Source: an uncultured Solirubrobacterales bacterium (lineage in GTDB: Bacteria; Actinomycetota; Thermoleophilia; Solirubrobacterales; Solirubrobacteraceae). From it: 64,000 nucleotides of DNA. The position numbers were made by a program, and so were the translations under genes. The DNA lies in assembly GCA_963813745.1 (NCBI GenBank), contig CAWEZW010000006.1, positions 39,707 through 103,706 on the forward strand, in the 5' to 3' direction. Below, piece by piece: positions 29,763-40,771 of the stretch. How positions within the stretch are numbered: the first letter of the stretch is position 1; each line of letters starts with the position of its first letter. The notes beneath the pieces are model-generated. The model did not search any database and had not been told where the DNA came from. It was given only the letters and a program-made list of their open reading frames with translations.

Positions 29763-30490
29763 CTATCCCCACAATCGCCAGGGCGCCTGCCCCGACGCCC
29801 ACAGGTCGTTCAGAGCGACCGCGTCCTTGTAGGTGTCCATGCACTCCCAAAAACCCTTGTGACGATAAGCGCGCAACTCGCCCTCCTGGGCCAGCCGCTC
29901 GAGCGGCGCGCGCTCCAGCACGCTGTCTGACTCCGAGGTAGTTAGAGCGCGCCCGTTGCATGCAGAAGAAGCCGCCGTTGATCCAGTGCTCCGAGCGCGG
30001 CTTCTCGCGGAAACCGGTGACGCGGCCGTCTGCGCCGTCGAGCTCCGTAACACCGAATTGCAGCTCTGGGCGCACCACGGTCATGCTCGCCAGCGCGCCG
30101 TGTCGTGAGTGAAACTGCAGTAGCGCGTCCAGGTCGATGTCGGCCACGCCGTCGGCGTAGGTCGTGCAGAAGCGCTCCTCCCCTCGAGAGTCGCTCCTCG
30201 AGCAGCTTGATCCTGCCCCCCGTCGGGGTTTCCAAACCTGTGTCCTCGCACTCGACGGTCGACTCCATCCGGCCATTCCACTCGGCGACAAACTGCTCGA
30301 TCAGCTCGCCCTTGTAGCCGGTGGCGAGAATGAACGGCGGAAGCCCTGGACGGCGTACAGCTGGAGCACGTGCCACACGATCGGCTTGCCGCCGATCTCC
30401 ACCAGCGGCTTGGGGATCGCCGCGGTGTGCTCCTGCAGGCGCGTGCCGCGCCCGCCGCAGAGGATCACGATAGCCGGGAGGCTGCGTCAC
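29763..30490 (-). CDS. Glucose-1-phosphate cytidylyltransferase-like nucleotidyltransferase (frameshifted)
   Basis: [43 protein letters not shown]. Confidence 0.85.
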
Positions 30491-30502
30491 GTCTGACGGC
30501 CC

Positions 30503-31251
30503 TCAGCCGGCGACGCGCTCGAGCACGTCGGCGGGCACATCGAAGTTTGCGTGAACATCGTCGACGTCGTCGAGCTCTTCGAGCGCGTCGGTGAGTCCCA
30601 TCAGTTGCGCACCTGGTTCTCGTCGATCGGCACGAGGCTCGTCGGGCGGAAGGACATCTCGGCGCTCTCGGTCTCCACGCCCGCCGCTTCCAGCGCGCCG
30701 ATCACCTTCGAGAAGTTGGCAGGCTCGGCCAGCACCTCGAAGGAGCCCTCGTCGGTCAGAACGTCATCCGCACCGGCCTCAACGGCGACCATCAGATCGT
30801 CTTCGGAGTAACGGGCGGAGTCGATCACGATCGTGCCCTTCTTCTCGAACAGGTAGGCGACCGAGCCTGGCTCGCCGAGGTTGCCACCATGCTTGGAGAA
30901 CGCATGGCGGACGTCGGCCCCGGTGCGGTTGCGGTTCTCGGTCATCGCCTCGACGAGTACGGCGACGCCGCCGGGGCCATAGCCCTCGTACAGAACGGCT
31001 TCGATCGCCTCGGCCTCACCTCCCTCGCCCGTGCCCTTCGCGATCGCGCGCTCGATGTTCTCCTTGGGCATGCTCGCTTCCTTGGCCTTGCGGATCGCCA
31101 GTTCCAGCGCCGGGTTGCCGACCGGATCGCCGCCGCCGTCGCGCGCCGCGACCGTGACCGAGCGCGCCAGCTTCGTGAACTGCGCGCCCCTGCGCGAGTC
31201 GACGATCGCCTTCTTGTGCTTGATGCTCGCCCACTTGGAATGACCTGACAT
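30503..31251 (-). CDS. yebC: YebC/PmpR family protein (frameshift near 30600)
   Basis: [28 protein letters not shown]. Confidence 0.95.
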
Positions 31252-31361
31252 GTAAGCCAGTCTACGAATCCTCACGTCTCATATGCGCGCGCGTGGTGGA
31301 AACCGGGTCTCGGGGGAACCTCCGATCGGGCCCCCGCAAGCAACCCGTAGGATTGCGCGGA

Positions 31362-32748
31362 ATGACCTCTGCACCCACACCCGACATCTTCAAGGCCTAC
31401 GACATCCGCGGCCTCTACGGCGAGCAGATCGACGGCCCGATCGCCGAGCAGATCGGCCGTGCCTTCGCGCACGTGCTCTCGGATCTCTCAGGCAAGCCCG
31501 TCTCCGAGCTGCGCGTCGGCCTCGGGCGCGACATGCGCCTGACCGCCCCCGAGCTCTCCGAGCGATACCGCGCCGGCCTGCTGGCCGAGGGCGCGAACGT
31601 GCTCGATGCAGGCCAGGTTGGCACCGAGATGCTGTACTACCTGGTCGGCTCGCGGGCGTTGGACGGCGGCCTGATGTGCACGGCCTCGCACAATCCGAAG
31701 GCCTACACCGGCGCAAAGCTCGTGCGCGAGGGCGCGATCGCGCTGTCCGGCGACAGCGGCATCCAGGACATCCGCCGCATGATCGAGAGCCGGTCTGCCC
31801 GAATCCTTCAGCGAAGGCTCGATCGAGCAGGTCGACCTCTACGCGGAGTTCCACGAGGCGATGCTCGAGTTCATCGACCCGTCGGTGATCAAGCCCCTGA
31901 AGGTCGTTGTCGACGGTGGCAACGGAATGGCCGGCCCCGTCGCCGGGCCGCTGTTGGAGGGGTTTGGGCTCGATCTGATCGAGACCTGCTGGACGCCGGA
32001 TGGAAACTTCCCCGAGCACGAGCCCAACCCGCTGCTCCCGGAGAACCGCCAGTTCATCATCGATCGAGTGCTCGCCGCCGGCGCCGACCTGGGAATCGCC
32101 TGGGACGGCGATGCCGACCGCTGTTTCTTCATCGACGAGACCGGCCAGTTCGTCGATGGCGACTTCCTCACGGCGCTGCTGGCCGAGTCGCTGCTCGCGA
32201 AGCGGGTGGGTGGGGACCCCAAACAAACGATCCTCTACGACGTGCGCGCCTCCCGCGCGGTACCCGACACCGTCACGCGCGCGGGCGGCACCCCCCACAT
32301 CAACCGAGTCGGGCACGCCTTCTTCAAGACGCGCATGCGCAAGGAGGGCTCGCTGTTCGGGGGCGAGGTCTCCGGGCACTACTACTTCCGCGACTTCTAC
32401 TGTGCGGACTCCGGCACGATCCCGGCGCTGCTCGTGCTCGAGCTGCTATCGCGCACCGGCCAGTCGATGTCCGAGCTGCTCGCGCCCTACCGCTCGCGCT
32501 ACTTCATCTCCGGCGAGATCAACTCGGAGGTCTCCGACCCCACCGCCAAGATGCAGGAGCTCGCCGCGCGCTTTCCCGATGCCGAGCAGAAACAGCTCGA
32601 CGGGATCTCGATCGACTACCCCGACTGGCACTTCAACGTGCGCCCCTCGAACACCGAGCCGCTGCTACGCCTCTGTCTGGAGTCGCTTGTCTCCCCGGAG
32701 GACATGGAACGCCGCCGCGACGAAGTCCTGGATCTGATTCGGTCGTGA
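31362..32748 (+). CDS. Phosphomannomutase/phosphoglucomutase (frameshift near 31795)
   Basis: FKAYDIRG, TASHNP, DGDADR, GEVSGH, RPSNTEP. Confidence 0.93.
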
Positions 32749-33788
32749 AGGAGACTGGCGAGTCCTCATCGGAGGAGGAGCCCGGCGAGCAAGAGTTATT
32801 GGAGCGCGCCGCCCAGGAGGGGATCCACCGCCTGGCGATCCCCACGCCGTTCATGGTCGGGCGCGTCAACGCCTACCTGATCGAGGATTCCCCCCTCACC
32901 CTGATCGACTCGGGTCCCAACTCCGGCAAGGCGCTGGACGAGCTCGAGCAGGCGCTCCAGGCGCACGGGCACGCGATCGAGGACATCGAGCTGCTCGTCG
33001 TCAGCCACCAGCACATGGATCACTTCGGCCTGGCCTCGATCCTCGCAAGACGCTCAGGAGCCGAGGTCGCGGCGCTCGACAAACTGGCTCCGTTCCTGGC
33101 CGCCTACGGCCACGAGACCGACCTGGAAGACCGCTTTGCCGAGCAGCTGATGCTGCGCCATGGCATACCCCAAGAGGTCGTCACCGCGCTGCGCGCGGTC
33201 TCCGCGGGCTTCCGCGCCTGGGGCGCGTCGGTGGAGGTCACCCGCCCGCTGCAGGACGGGGGCGAGCTGCAGCTGCGCGACCGCACGCTGAGGGTGTTCC
33301 ACCGGCCCGGCCACAGCCCCTCGGACACCGTGTTCCTGGACGAGGATCGCTCGATCCTGCTGGCCGCCGATCACCTGATCAAGCACATCTCCTCCAACCC
33401 GCTACTCGCCCGGCCGCTCGGCGTGAGCGGCGACTACGACGGCCCGCGCCCGCAGGCACTGATCACCTACATGGACTCGCTGGAACAGACGCGAGCGATG
33501 GACCTCGCGCTGGTGCTGCCGGGGCACGGCCAGCCCATCACCGATCACATCCCTCTGATCGACAAACGTTTCCGCATGCACGACCGCCGCGCCGAGAAGA
33601 TCCACGGCCTGATCGCCACCGAGCCCCGCACCGCGCACGAGATCGCGGTCGAGCTGTGGGGCAACATCGCCGTCACCCAGGCCTACCTGACGCTGTCGGA
33701 GGTGCTCGGACACGTCGACCTGCTGCTTGCTGATCACCTCGTCATCGAACAGGAATCCGACGGCGTGGTTCGCTTTCACGCCGCCTGA
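32745..33788 (+). CDS. MBL-fold metallo-hydrolase
   Basis: SHQHMDHFG (HxHxDH), PGHS, PGHG; GTG overlaps the PMM stop. Confidence 0.9.
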   Translation: MKETGESSSEEEPGEQELLERAAQEGIHRLAIPTPFMVGRVNAYLIEDSPLTLIDSGPNSGKALDELEQALQAHGHAIEDIELLVVSHQHMDHFGLASILARRSGAEVAALDKLAPFLAAYGHETDLEDRFAEQLMLRHGIPQEVVTALRAVSAGFRAWGASVEVTRPLQDGGELQLRDRTLRVFHRPGHSPSDTVFLDEDRSILLAADHLIKHISSNPLLARPLGVSGDYDGPRPQALITYMDSLEQTRAMDLALVLPGHGQPITDHIPLIDKRFRMHDRRAEKIHGLIATEPRTAHEIAVELWGNIAVTQAYLTLSEVLGHVDLLLADHLVIEQESDGVVRFHAA

Positions 33789-34333
33789 GCGACGTTGCTC
33801 AGAAACAACCGGTGAACCCGATCGTCCTCGCCGAGCTCGGTGTGAAAGGCAACCGCCAGCCTCTTCCCCTGCCGCGCGGCCACGGGATGACCGTCCACCT
33901 CCGCGAGGATCTCCACGCCGGGGCCGTGCTCTGCGATCCAGGGCGCACGAATGAACACCGCCCGCAGCGGGCCACCATCAATGCCGCGCAGCTCGACGTC
34001 CGCCTCGAAGCTCCTTAGCTGGCGCCCGAACGCGTTGCGCTGAGCGCGCATGTCCATCAGCCCGAGATGCTCGCGGTCGAGCATGATCAGCCCCGCGCAC
34101 GAGCCAAGGACCGGAACGCCCTTCTTTACGAGCTCCCGCAGCGGCTCCGCCAACCCCTCGCGCTCGATCCCCAAGGTCATCGTGGTCGACTCTCCCCCGG
34201 GAATCACGAGCCCTTCGAGGCCATCCAGGTCCCCCGGCACCCGCACCTCGCGCAGATCAGCGCCCAAACCCCGCAACATCCGCCCATGCGCCTCGAAGTC
34301 ACCCTGCAGCGCCAGCACCCCGATCAACGGCAC
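33776..34333 (-). CDS. pdxT: PLP synthase glutaminase subunit
   Basis: GVLALQG, PGGEST, CAG, FIRAP, FHTEL. Confidence 0.96.
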   Translation of the reverse strand: MPLIGVLALQGDFEAHGRMLRGLGADLREVRVPGDLDGLEGLVIPGGESTTMTLGIEREGLAEPLRELVKKGVPVLGSCAGLIMLDREHLGLMDMRAQRNAFGRQLRSFEADVELRGIDGGPLRAVFIRAPWIAEHGPGVEILAEVDGHPVAARQGKRLAVAFHTELGEDDRVHRLFLSNVAQAA

Positions 34334-34336
34334 GCC

Positions 34337-35221
34337 CTACCAGCCGCGTTGCGCTAAGAGCTGCTCGCCCTCGAGCTTCGAGCTCTCCAGGCTGACCATC
34401 GCCGGACCGAGCCCACGCGAGGCCGCCGCCACGCGCTCGGGGTCCTGCCAGTGCGTCGTTGCCTCGACGATCGCGCTCGCGCGGGCGGGCGGGTCATCGG
34501 ACTTGAAGATGCCAGAGCCGACGAACACGCCCTCGGCGCCGAGCGCCATCATCAGCGCCGCGTCGGCAGGGGTGGCGATCCCCCCGGCGCAGAACAGCAC
34601 GACCGGCAGGTGCCCGTCGCGGGCGATCGCGCGGACCAGATCCAGGGGCGCGGCCAGCTCCTTGGCGGCGGTCGCGACCTCGGCGTCGTCGAGCGTTCCC
34701 AGGCGGCGGATCGCGCCGTTGATGTTGCGCATGTGCCTGACCGCCTCGACGATGTCGCCCGTGCCTGCCTCACCCTTGGAGCGGATCATCGCCGCGCCCT
34801 CGCCGATCCGCCGCAGCGCCTCGCCCAGGTTGGTCGCTCCGCACACGAACGGGACCTTGAACGCCCACTTGTCGATGTGGTTTGACTCGTCCGCGGGCGT
34901 CAGCACCTCCGACTCATCGACGTAGTCGACCTCCAGCGCCTGCAAGACCTGGGCCTCGAGAAAGTGCCCGATCCGCGCCTTAGCCATCACCGGGATCGAG
35001 ACGGCCTCCTGAATTCCCGCGATCATCTCCGGATCGGACATGCGCGCGACGCCGCCGTCACGACGGATGTCTGCGGGCACGCGCTCGAGCGCCATCACCG
35101 CCACTGCCCCCGCATCCTCGGCGACCTTCGCCTGCTCAGGCGTGACGACGTCCATGATCACCCCACCCTTGAGCATCTCCGCCAGCCCGGTCTTCACCCG
35201 AAATGTCGCCTCGTCACGCAT
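34337..35221 (-). CDS. pdxS: PLP synthase lyase subunit
   Basis: [37 protein letters not shown]. Confidence 0.97.
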   Translation of the reverse strand: MRDEATFRVKTGLAEMLKGGVIMDVVTPEQAKVAEDAGAVAVMALERVPADIRRDGGVARMSDPEMIAGIQEAVSIPVMAKARIGHFLEAQVLQALEVDYVDESEVLTPADESNHIDKWAFKVPFVCGATNLGEALRRIGEGAAMIRSKGEAGTGDIVEAVRHMRNINGAIRRLGTLDDAEVATAAKELAAPLDLVRAIARDGHLPVVLFCAGGIATPADAALMMALGAEGVFVGSGIFKSDDPPARASAIVEATTHWQDPERVAAASRGLGPAMVSLESSKLEGEQLLAQRGW

Positions 35222-35251
35222 GCGAGGAAGTCTAGCCTGCGACGCGTCGCG

Positions 35252-36160
35252 CTACTTGAGGCGAAAAGCCTTGATGCGGTCGTCGTACTGTGCTGAGTCC
35301 TGCGCGTAGACGCCGTAGGCCAGCGCCTGGATCAGGCTCAACAGCGCCGTGTGCGAGCGCACGTAGGCGGGTGAGTTCGACGAGTAGTAGAGCTTGATCT
35401 GTGCGAGCTTGGCGACCTCGGACAGGGTCGCGTCGGTGATCGCGGCGGTGCGCGCCTTGCGGTGTCGCGCGAGCTTCATCGCGCGCACGACCAGTGGATG
35501 CGGGCGCCCGGCGGAGAGGCCGATCACGAGCGTGCCCTGATCGATCCGGCCGAGGCGACTGAGCGCCTCCTGGGAAGGGCTCGCGACGACATCCACACGT
35601 AGGTCCAGCAGCATCAAGAGGTGGCGCAGATAGCTGGCGAAGAACGCCATCTGGTCGGTGCCCGCGACGAGCACCTTCTCCGCTGAGACGATCGCCTCGA
35701 TCAGCGCCTCCACCGAGCTGCGCGAGACCTTGCGGGCGGTCTCCTCGACGTTCAGGTGGTCGGCGGTGAGAGCGGTCTCGAACTCGTTCTGATCGAGCGA
35801 GAACAGCGGCGTGGAAGCGCCTGCTGCCGCTGCGCCGGCACCGTTCTTTGCCGGCTCGGTCTTCGTGTGCACGCGGCGGTATTCCTCGCGCGCGGCGGCC
35901 TGCAGCTCGGGAAAGCCCTCGAACCCGAGCGCCTGGGAGAAGCGGACCACCGTCGAGCTGGAGGTGTTCGCGCGGCGCGCCAGCTCCTCGGCGGTCTGGA
36001 AGGCGGCCTCGTCGAGGTGGTCGACGATGTACTGGGCGACGTCCTTCTGCGAGCGTGAGCACTCGTCAAAGCGCGCCTGGATGTACTTGGAAAGGCTCTG
36101 GTGATCGCTCGTGCCGTTGGCCGGCGGGCGATCCTGAGTCGGTGTGCCAACACGCTTCAT
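35252..36160 (-). CDS. MurR/RpiR family transcriptional regulator
   Basis: HTH_6 (ELARRANTSSSTVVRFSQALGFEGFPEL) plus SIS domain; start approximate. Confidence 0.9.
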   Translation of the reverse strand: MKRVGTPTQDRPPANGTSDHQSLSKYIQARFDECSRSQKDVAQYIVDHLDEAAFQTAEELARRANTSSSTVVRFSQALGFEGFPELQAAAREEYRRVHTKTEPAKNGAGAAAAGASTPLFSLDQNEFETALTADHLNVEETARKVSRSSVEALIEAIVSAEKVLVAGTDQMAFFASYLRHLLMLLDLRVDVVASPSQEALSRLGRIDQGTLVIGLSAGRPHPLVVRAMKLARHRKARTAAITDATLSEVAKLAQIKLYYSSNSPAYVRSHTALLSLIQALAYGVYAQDSAQYDDRIKAFRLK

Positions 36161-36295
36161 CGGCGCTCTTGTTCGACGCCGGAGCCCCGCACTCCTTCCC
36201 GACCGATGATCCATTGCCCCGATTCCGAGCGAAGATAGGCACACAATGCGAGAGATGCATGCCAACCGCGCCGTGCGGGCCGACGGAGTCCCGCT

Positions 36296-37609
36296 ATGAG
36301 GATCGCGATCGTGGGTGCCGGCGTCTCCGGACTCCTCGCGGCCCACCTGCTGGCGCGCGAGCACGAGGTCGTCGTCTACGAGGCCGGCTCCTACGCCGGT
36401 GGGCACACGAACACGATCCGCGTCGACACCGCCCACGACTCCTACCATGTGGATACTGGTTTCATTGTGATGAATGACCGCAACTACCCAAACTTCACGC
36501 GGCTGCTCTCCCAGCTCGGGGTCGAAACCCAGGCGACGAACATGAGCTTCTCCGTGAAGGGCGAGGATGAGGACTTCGAATACGCCGGTACGCCGCGCGG
36601 GCTCTTCTGCCAGCCTCGCAACCTTCTCAGCCCACATTTCCAGCGGATGATCGCCGACCTCTTGCGCTTCAACCGCGAGCTGCGCCGGCTGCTCGCGCGC
36701 GATCAGGCGGGTGGGTCGGCCCCGGACCGGTCATTGCGGGACGAGGCGTCGCGGGACTTCTCGCCACAGGGCGAGTCGCTGCGGGACTTCCTCGTGCGGC
36801 GGCGCTTCTCCGAGGTCTTCATCCGGCGGCTGATCGTCCCCCAGGTCTCCGCCGTGTGGTCGGCCGACCCGCGGCAGATCTCCTCGCTCCCGGTCCGCTT
36901 CCTCGCCGAGTTCTTCTCAAACCACGGGATGCTCGGCTTCCGCGACCGCCCGCGCTGGGCGACCGTCGCGGGGGGCTCGGCACGCTACGTGGAGGCGCTC
37001 ACGCGGCCGCTTGACGAGCGCATCTGGCTCGACTCGCCGGTGCAGTCGATTACCCGGACCGAGAACCACGTCGAGATCGCCGCCGCCGGCCCGGGTGGCC
37101 ATGAGACCGAACATTTCGATCAGGTCGTGATCGCCACCCACTCCGACCAGGCGCTCGCGCTGCTGAGCGACCCCTCCGCGCGCGAGCGCGAGGTGCTCGG
37201 CGCGATCCCTTATCAGCCCAACGAGGCGGTGCTCCACACCGACAGCACCCTGCTCCCCCGTCGCCGTGGCGCGCGCGCCGCATGGAACTTTCATCTGCTG
37301 CGCGAGCCGAAGCCGCTGAGCACCGTCACCTACTACATGAACCACCTGCAGCGGCTGCACGCCGACCGCGACTTCTGCGTCACCCTGAACCGCACCGAGG
37401 CAATCGACCCAGCGAAGATCATCCGCAAGATCTCCTACTCCCACCCCGTCTTCACCCCCGCCGGCGTCGCCGCGCAGTCCGAGCACCCGAGCATCAGCGG
37501 CATGGCCAATCGCACCCATTACTGTGGTGCTTACTGGGGCTGGGGCTTTCACGAGGACGGCGTGCTCAGCGCCTTGCGAGCCTGCGAGCCGTTCGGGGTG
37601 AAGTTGTGA
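36296..37609 (+). CDS. FAD-dependent oxidoreductase (Rv0449c/COG2907 type)
   Basis: IAIVGAGVSG, GGHTNT, VDTGFIV, YCGAYWGWGFHEDG. Confidence 0.92.
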   Translation: MRIAIVGAGVSGLLAAHLLAREHEVVVYEAGSYAGGHTNTIRVDTAHDSYHVDTGFIVMNDRNYPNFTRLLSQLGVETQATNMSFSVKGEDEDFEYAGTPRGLFCQPRNLLSPHFQRMIADLLRFNRELRRLLARDQAGGSAPDRSLRDEASRDFSPQGESLRDFLVRRRFSEVFIRRLIVPQVSAVWSADPRQISSLPVRFLAEFFSNHGMLGFRDRPRWATVAGGSARYVEALTRPLDERIWLDSPVQSITRTENHVEIAAAGPGGHETEHFDQVVIATHSDQALALLSDPSAREREVLGAIPYQPNEAVLHTDSTLLPRRRGARAAWNFHLLREPKPLSTVTYYMNHLQRLHADRDFCVTLNRTEAIDPAKIIRKISYSHPVFTPAGVAAQSEHPSISGMANRTHYCGAYWGWGFHEDGVLSALRACEPFGVKL

Positions 37610-38397
37610 ATAGCTGCCTGTACGAGGGGTCCGTCCGTCACCGGCGGATGGGTGAGGTGGAGAATCAGTTTCGCTACCCGCTGTTCATGGTCTACCTCGA
37701 TCTTTGCGAGCTGCCGGCGTGTCTCGACGGGACCTGGTTCTGGTCTGCCCGCCGACCGGCTCTGGCGTGGTGGCGTCGCTCCGATTATCTCGGCGACCCT
37801 GACGTTCCCCTGGATCAGGCCGTACGTGAGCTGGTGCGGGAGCGAACCGGGATCAAGGTGTATGGGCCGATTCGGCTGTTGACGCACCTGCGCTATTTCG
37901 GCAAGTCCTTCAACCCGGTCAGCTTCTATTACTGCTTCTCCGCTGAGGGTAAGGGTAAGGGTGAGGGTGAGCATCTGGTCGCGGTCGTGGCCGATGTGAC
38001 GAACACACCCTGGGGCGAGCGTCATTCCTATGTGATGAGGGTCGATCATGCGACTGATCACGGAACCGTCAGCCTGATGCGGGCAAGGTTGCACAAGCAG
38101 CTGCATGTCTCGCCTTTGATGGGGATGAATCACACCTATGACTGGCGCTTGACCGAGCCTTCCGAGCAGTTGCTCGTGCACATCGATTCGAGCGGTGCGG
38201 ACGGGAAGAGCATGTTTGACGCGACCCTGTCGTTGCACCGCCGGGAGCTGACCCCGAGTGCTCTGCGTGGAGCGCTCCTGCGCTACCCGTTCCTGACCGT
38301 GCGGATCCTCGTGCGGATCTATACCCACGCTTTGCGGTTGAAGTTGCGTGGAGCGAAGTACTTCCCCCACCCGGGTAAGGCAGGTGTACAGACATGA
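37606..38397 (+). CDS. DUF1365 family protein
   Basis: LYEGSVRHRR, FNPVSFYYC, VTNTPWGERHSY, LHVSP. Confidence 0.92.
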   Translation: MNSCLYEGSVRHRRMGEVENQFRYPLFMVYLDLCELPACLDGTWFWSARRPALAWWRRSDYLGDPDVPLDQAVRELVRERTGIKVYGPIRLLTHLRYFGKSFNPVSFYYCFSAEGKGKGEGEHLVAVVADVTNTPWGERHSYVMRVDHATDHGTVSLMRARLHKQLHVSPLMGMNHTYDWRLTEPSEQLLVHIDSSGADGKSMFDATLSLHRRELTPSALRGALLRYPFLTVRILVRIYTHALRLKLRGAKYFPHPGKAGVQT

Positions 38398-39617
38398 ACC
38401 GCATCGCCCGCCGGCTCGTGCTGCACCTACTGGGTCGCATTCACGACGGTGAGCTGACGATCGTCGAGAGCGACGAGCGCTTCACCTTCGGGGACACGCC
38501 CGCCCTGCACCCACTGCGGGTCACGTTGGAGGTTCGCTCGCCCCGCTTCTACCGGGCGCTCTTGCGCGGCAGCGTCGGGCTGTGCGAGTCCTACATGGAC
38601 GGTCTCTGGGAGTGCTCGGACCTCGTCGCGCTGACCCGCCTCGCCGCGCTGAACGTCCGCTCGCTCGACAATTTGCGCCGTGTGCTCGCGCCCGTGTTGA
38701 TCCCGGTACAGCGCTGGATGCGCTGGCTGCGCAGCAACACAATCGGACGCTCGCGCAAGCAGATCGCCGCCCACTACGACCTCGGCAACGAGCTGTTCGG
38801 GTGCTTCCTCGATCCCACGATGATGTACTCCTGCGCGATCTTCGACTCGCCGCGAGCCAGCTTGGAAGAGGCCTCGCTGACGAAGCTCGAGCGGGTCTGC
38901 GCGAAGCTCAGCCTTTCTCCCGCCGACCACGTGCTCGAGATCGGGACCGGCTGGGGCGCCTTCGCCATCTATGCGGCCGAGCACTACGGCTGCCACGTGA
39001 CGACCACGACGATCTCGCGCGAGCAGCACGCCTACGCGACTGAGCGTGTGCGCGCCGCGGGGCTCCAGGAGCGGGTGACGGTCCTGCTCGAGGACTACCG
39101 TGACCTGCGGGGCTCCTACGACAAGCTCGTGTCGATCGAGATGATCGAGGCCGTCGGCTGGCAGAACTTCCCGACCTACTTCCGCCGCTGCTCGGAGCTG
39201 CTCGCCGATGATGGCGCGATGCTCTTGCAGGCGATCGTGATCGACGACCGCGCCTACCAGGTCGAGAAGGCTTCGAAGAGCTTCATCAACACCTACATCT
39301 TCCCGGGCGGGTGCCTGCCCTCGCTGGAGCTGATCTCGCGCCAGCTGCCGCGCGTCACCGACCTGCGTCAGGTGCACCTGGAGGACATCACGGCTCACTA
39401 CGCGACGACGCTTCAGCTGTGGCGCGAGCGTTTCCTGGACGCGTCGGAGCGCCTCGCGGACCTCGGCTACGACGAGCGTTTTCGCCGGCTGTGGGAGCTG
39501 TATCTATCCTATTGCGAGGGCGGTTTTCGCGAGCGGCGGATTCAGGACGTGCAACTACTGCTCGCCAAGCCGGGCTATCGCGGGGAGTCGACGCCGGTAG
39601 TGTCTCTCGCTGCATGA
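38394..39617 (+). CDS. Cyclopropane-fatty-acyl-phospholipid synthase family methyltransferase
   Basis: HYDLGN, YSCA, LEIGTGWG, SIEMIEAVG, YIFPGG. Confidence 0.93.
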   Translation: MNRIARRLVLHLLGRIHDGELTIVESDERFTFGDTPALHPLRVTLEVRSPRFYRALLRGSVGLCESYMDGLWECSDLVALTRLAALNVRSLDNLRRVLAPVLIPVQRWMRWLRSNTIGRSRKQIAAHYDLGNELFGCFLDPTMMYSCAIFDSPRASLEEASLTKLERVCAKLSLSPADHVLEIGTGWGAFAIYAAEHYGCHVTTTTISREQHAYATERVRAAGLQERVTVLLEDYRDLRGSYDKLVSIEMIEAVGWQNFPTYFRRCSELLADDGAMLLQAIVIDDRAYQVEKASKSFINTYIFPGGCLPSLELISRQLPRVTDLRQVHLEDITAHYATTLQLWRERFLDASERLADLGYDERFRRLWELYLSYCEGGFRERRIQDVQLLLAKPGYRGESTPVVSLAA

Positions 39618-40771
39618 GACGCACTCTCTACGAAGACGTCCACGAAGATTTCCGCGCGAGCTTTCGCACGTTCTTGGAGCGAGAGGTGCTCGGCGACGAA
39701 GGCCGCTACGGCGAGTGGGAGCGCGACGGGATCGTGCCGCGCGAGGTGTTCGCGCTCGCGGGCCGAGGCGGCTTTCTCGGTATGGCGGTCCCTGAGCGCT
39801 ACGGTGGCGCGGGGGCCGAGGACTTCCGCTTGAACCTCGTGATCGGTGAGGAGACCCAGCGCGCGGGCGTCGGCGGCTTCGGGCTGGGGATCACGCTGCA
39901 CAACGATATCTGCCTGCCGTACTTCCTGACGTACTGCAACGAGGAGCAACGCGAACGCTGGCTTCCAGGGATCGCCTCCGGCGAGTTGATCACCGCGCTG
40001 GCGATGACCGAGCCCGGGATCGGCTCCGATCTGGCGAACATGTCCACGCGCGCCCCGCGGGAGGGCGAGAACTACGTCGTCGACGGGACGAAGACGTTCA
40101 TCACGAACGGGATCAACGCCGATCTCGTGATCGTCGCGGTCAAGACCGATCCGTCCGAGCGCCACCGCGGCATCAGCCTGCTTGTCGTGGAGCGCGGGAT
40201 GGAGGGCTTCGAGCGCGGGCGCAACCTCGAGAAGATCGGCCAGCACTCCCAGGACACCGCCGAGCTGTCCTTCACCGACCTGCATGTCCCGGTCGAGAAT
40301 CTGCTGGGGCAGAAGGGCGAGGGCTTTCGCTACCTCGTCTCCAACCTCCCCCAGGAGCGGCTTTCGATCGCGGCCTCGGCCGTGGCCGCCGCCGAGGCGG
40401 CACTGGGCTGGACGCTCGACTACGTGCGCGAGCGTAAGGCCTTCGGCCAGCCGATCGGCTCGTTTCAGAATTCCCGCTTCGTGCTTGCCGAGGTTCGCAC
40501 CGAAACGGAGATCGCTCGTACCTACGTCGACCGCTGCACGGAAGCTTTGAACGAGGGTGACCTGACGCCGGAGGATGCGGCGATCGCGAAGTGGTGGTGT
40601 ACCGATCTGCAGGGCCGTGTCGTCGATCGCTGCCTGCAGCTGCACGGCGGGTACGGCTACATGACCGAGTACCCGATCGCGCGCGCCTACGCGGACGCGC
40701 GTGTGACGCGCATATACGGAGGCACGAACGAGATCATGAAGGAGATCGTCGGTAGATCTATGGGGCTGTGA
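39614..40771 (+). CDS. Long-chain acyl-CoA dehydrogenase
   Basis: AMTEPGIGSDL, KTFITNG, QLHGGYGY, IYGGTNEIMK. Confidence 0.93.
   Translation: MRRTLYEDVHEDFRASFRTFLEREVLGDEGRYGEWERDGIVPREVFALAGRGGFLGMAVPERYGGAGAEDFRLNLVIGEETQRAGVGGFGLGITLHNDICLPYFLTYCNEEQRERWLPGIASGELITALAMTEPGIGSDLANMSTRAPREGENYVVDGTKTFITNGINADLVIVAVKTDPSERHRGISLLVVERGMEGFERGRNLEKIGQHSQDTAELSFTDLHVPVENLLGQKGEGFRYLVSNLPQERLSIAASAVAAAEAALGWTLDYVRERKAFGQPIGSFQNSRFVLAEVRTETEIARTYVDRCTEALNEGDLTPEDAAIAKWWCTDLQGRVVDRCLQLHGGYGYMTEYPIARAYADARVTRIYGGTNEIMKEIVGRSMGL

Noticed and set aside
31293-33788. 831-aa apparent PMM-MBL hydrolase fusion ORF
   Set aside because: A frameshift near 31795 joins the PMM N-terminus through an out-of-frame stretch to the MBL gene; the true PMM ends at 32748.
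37944-37971. GAGGGT/AAGGGT hexamer repeats in DUF1365
   Set aside because: In-frame EGKGKGEGE loop expansion; cannot cause phase variation.
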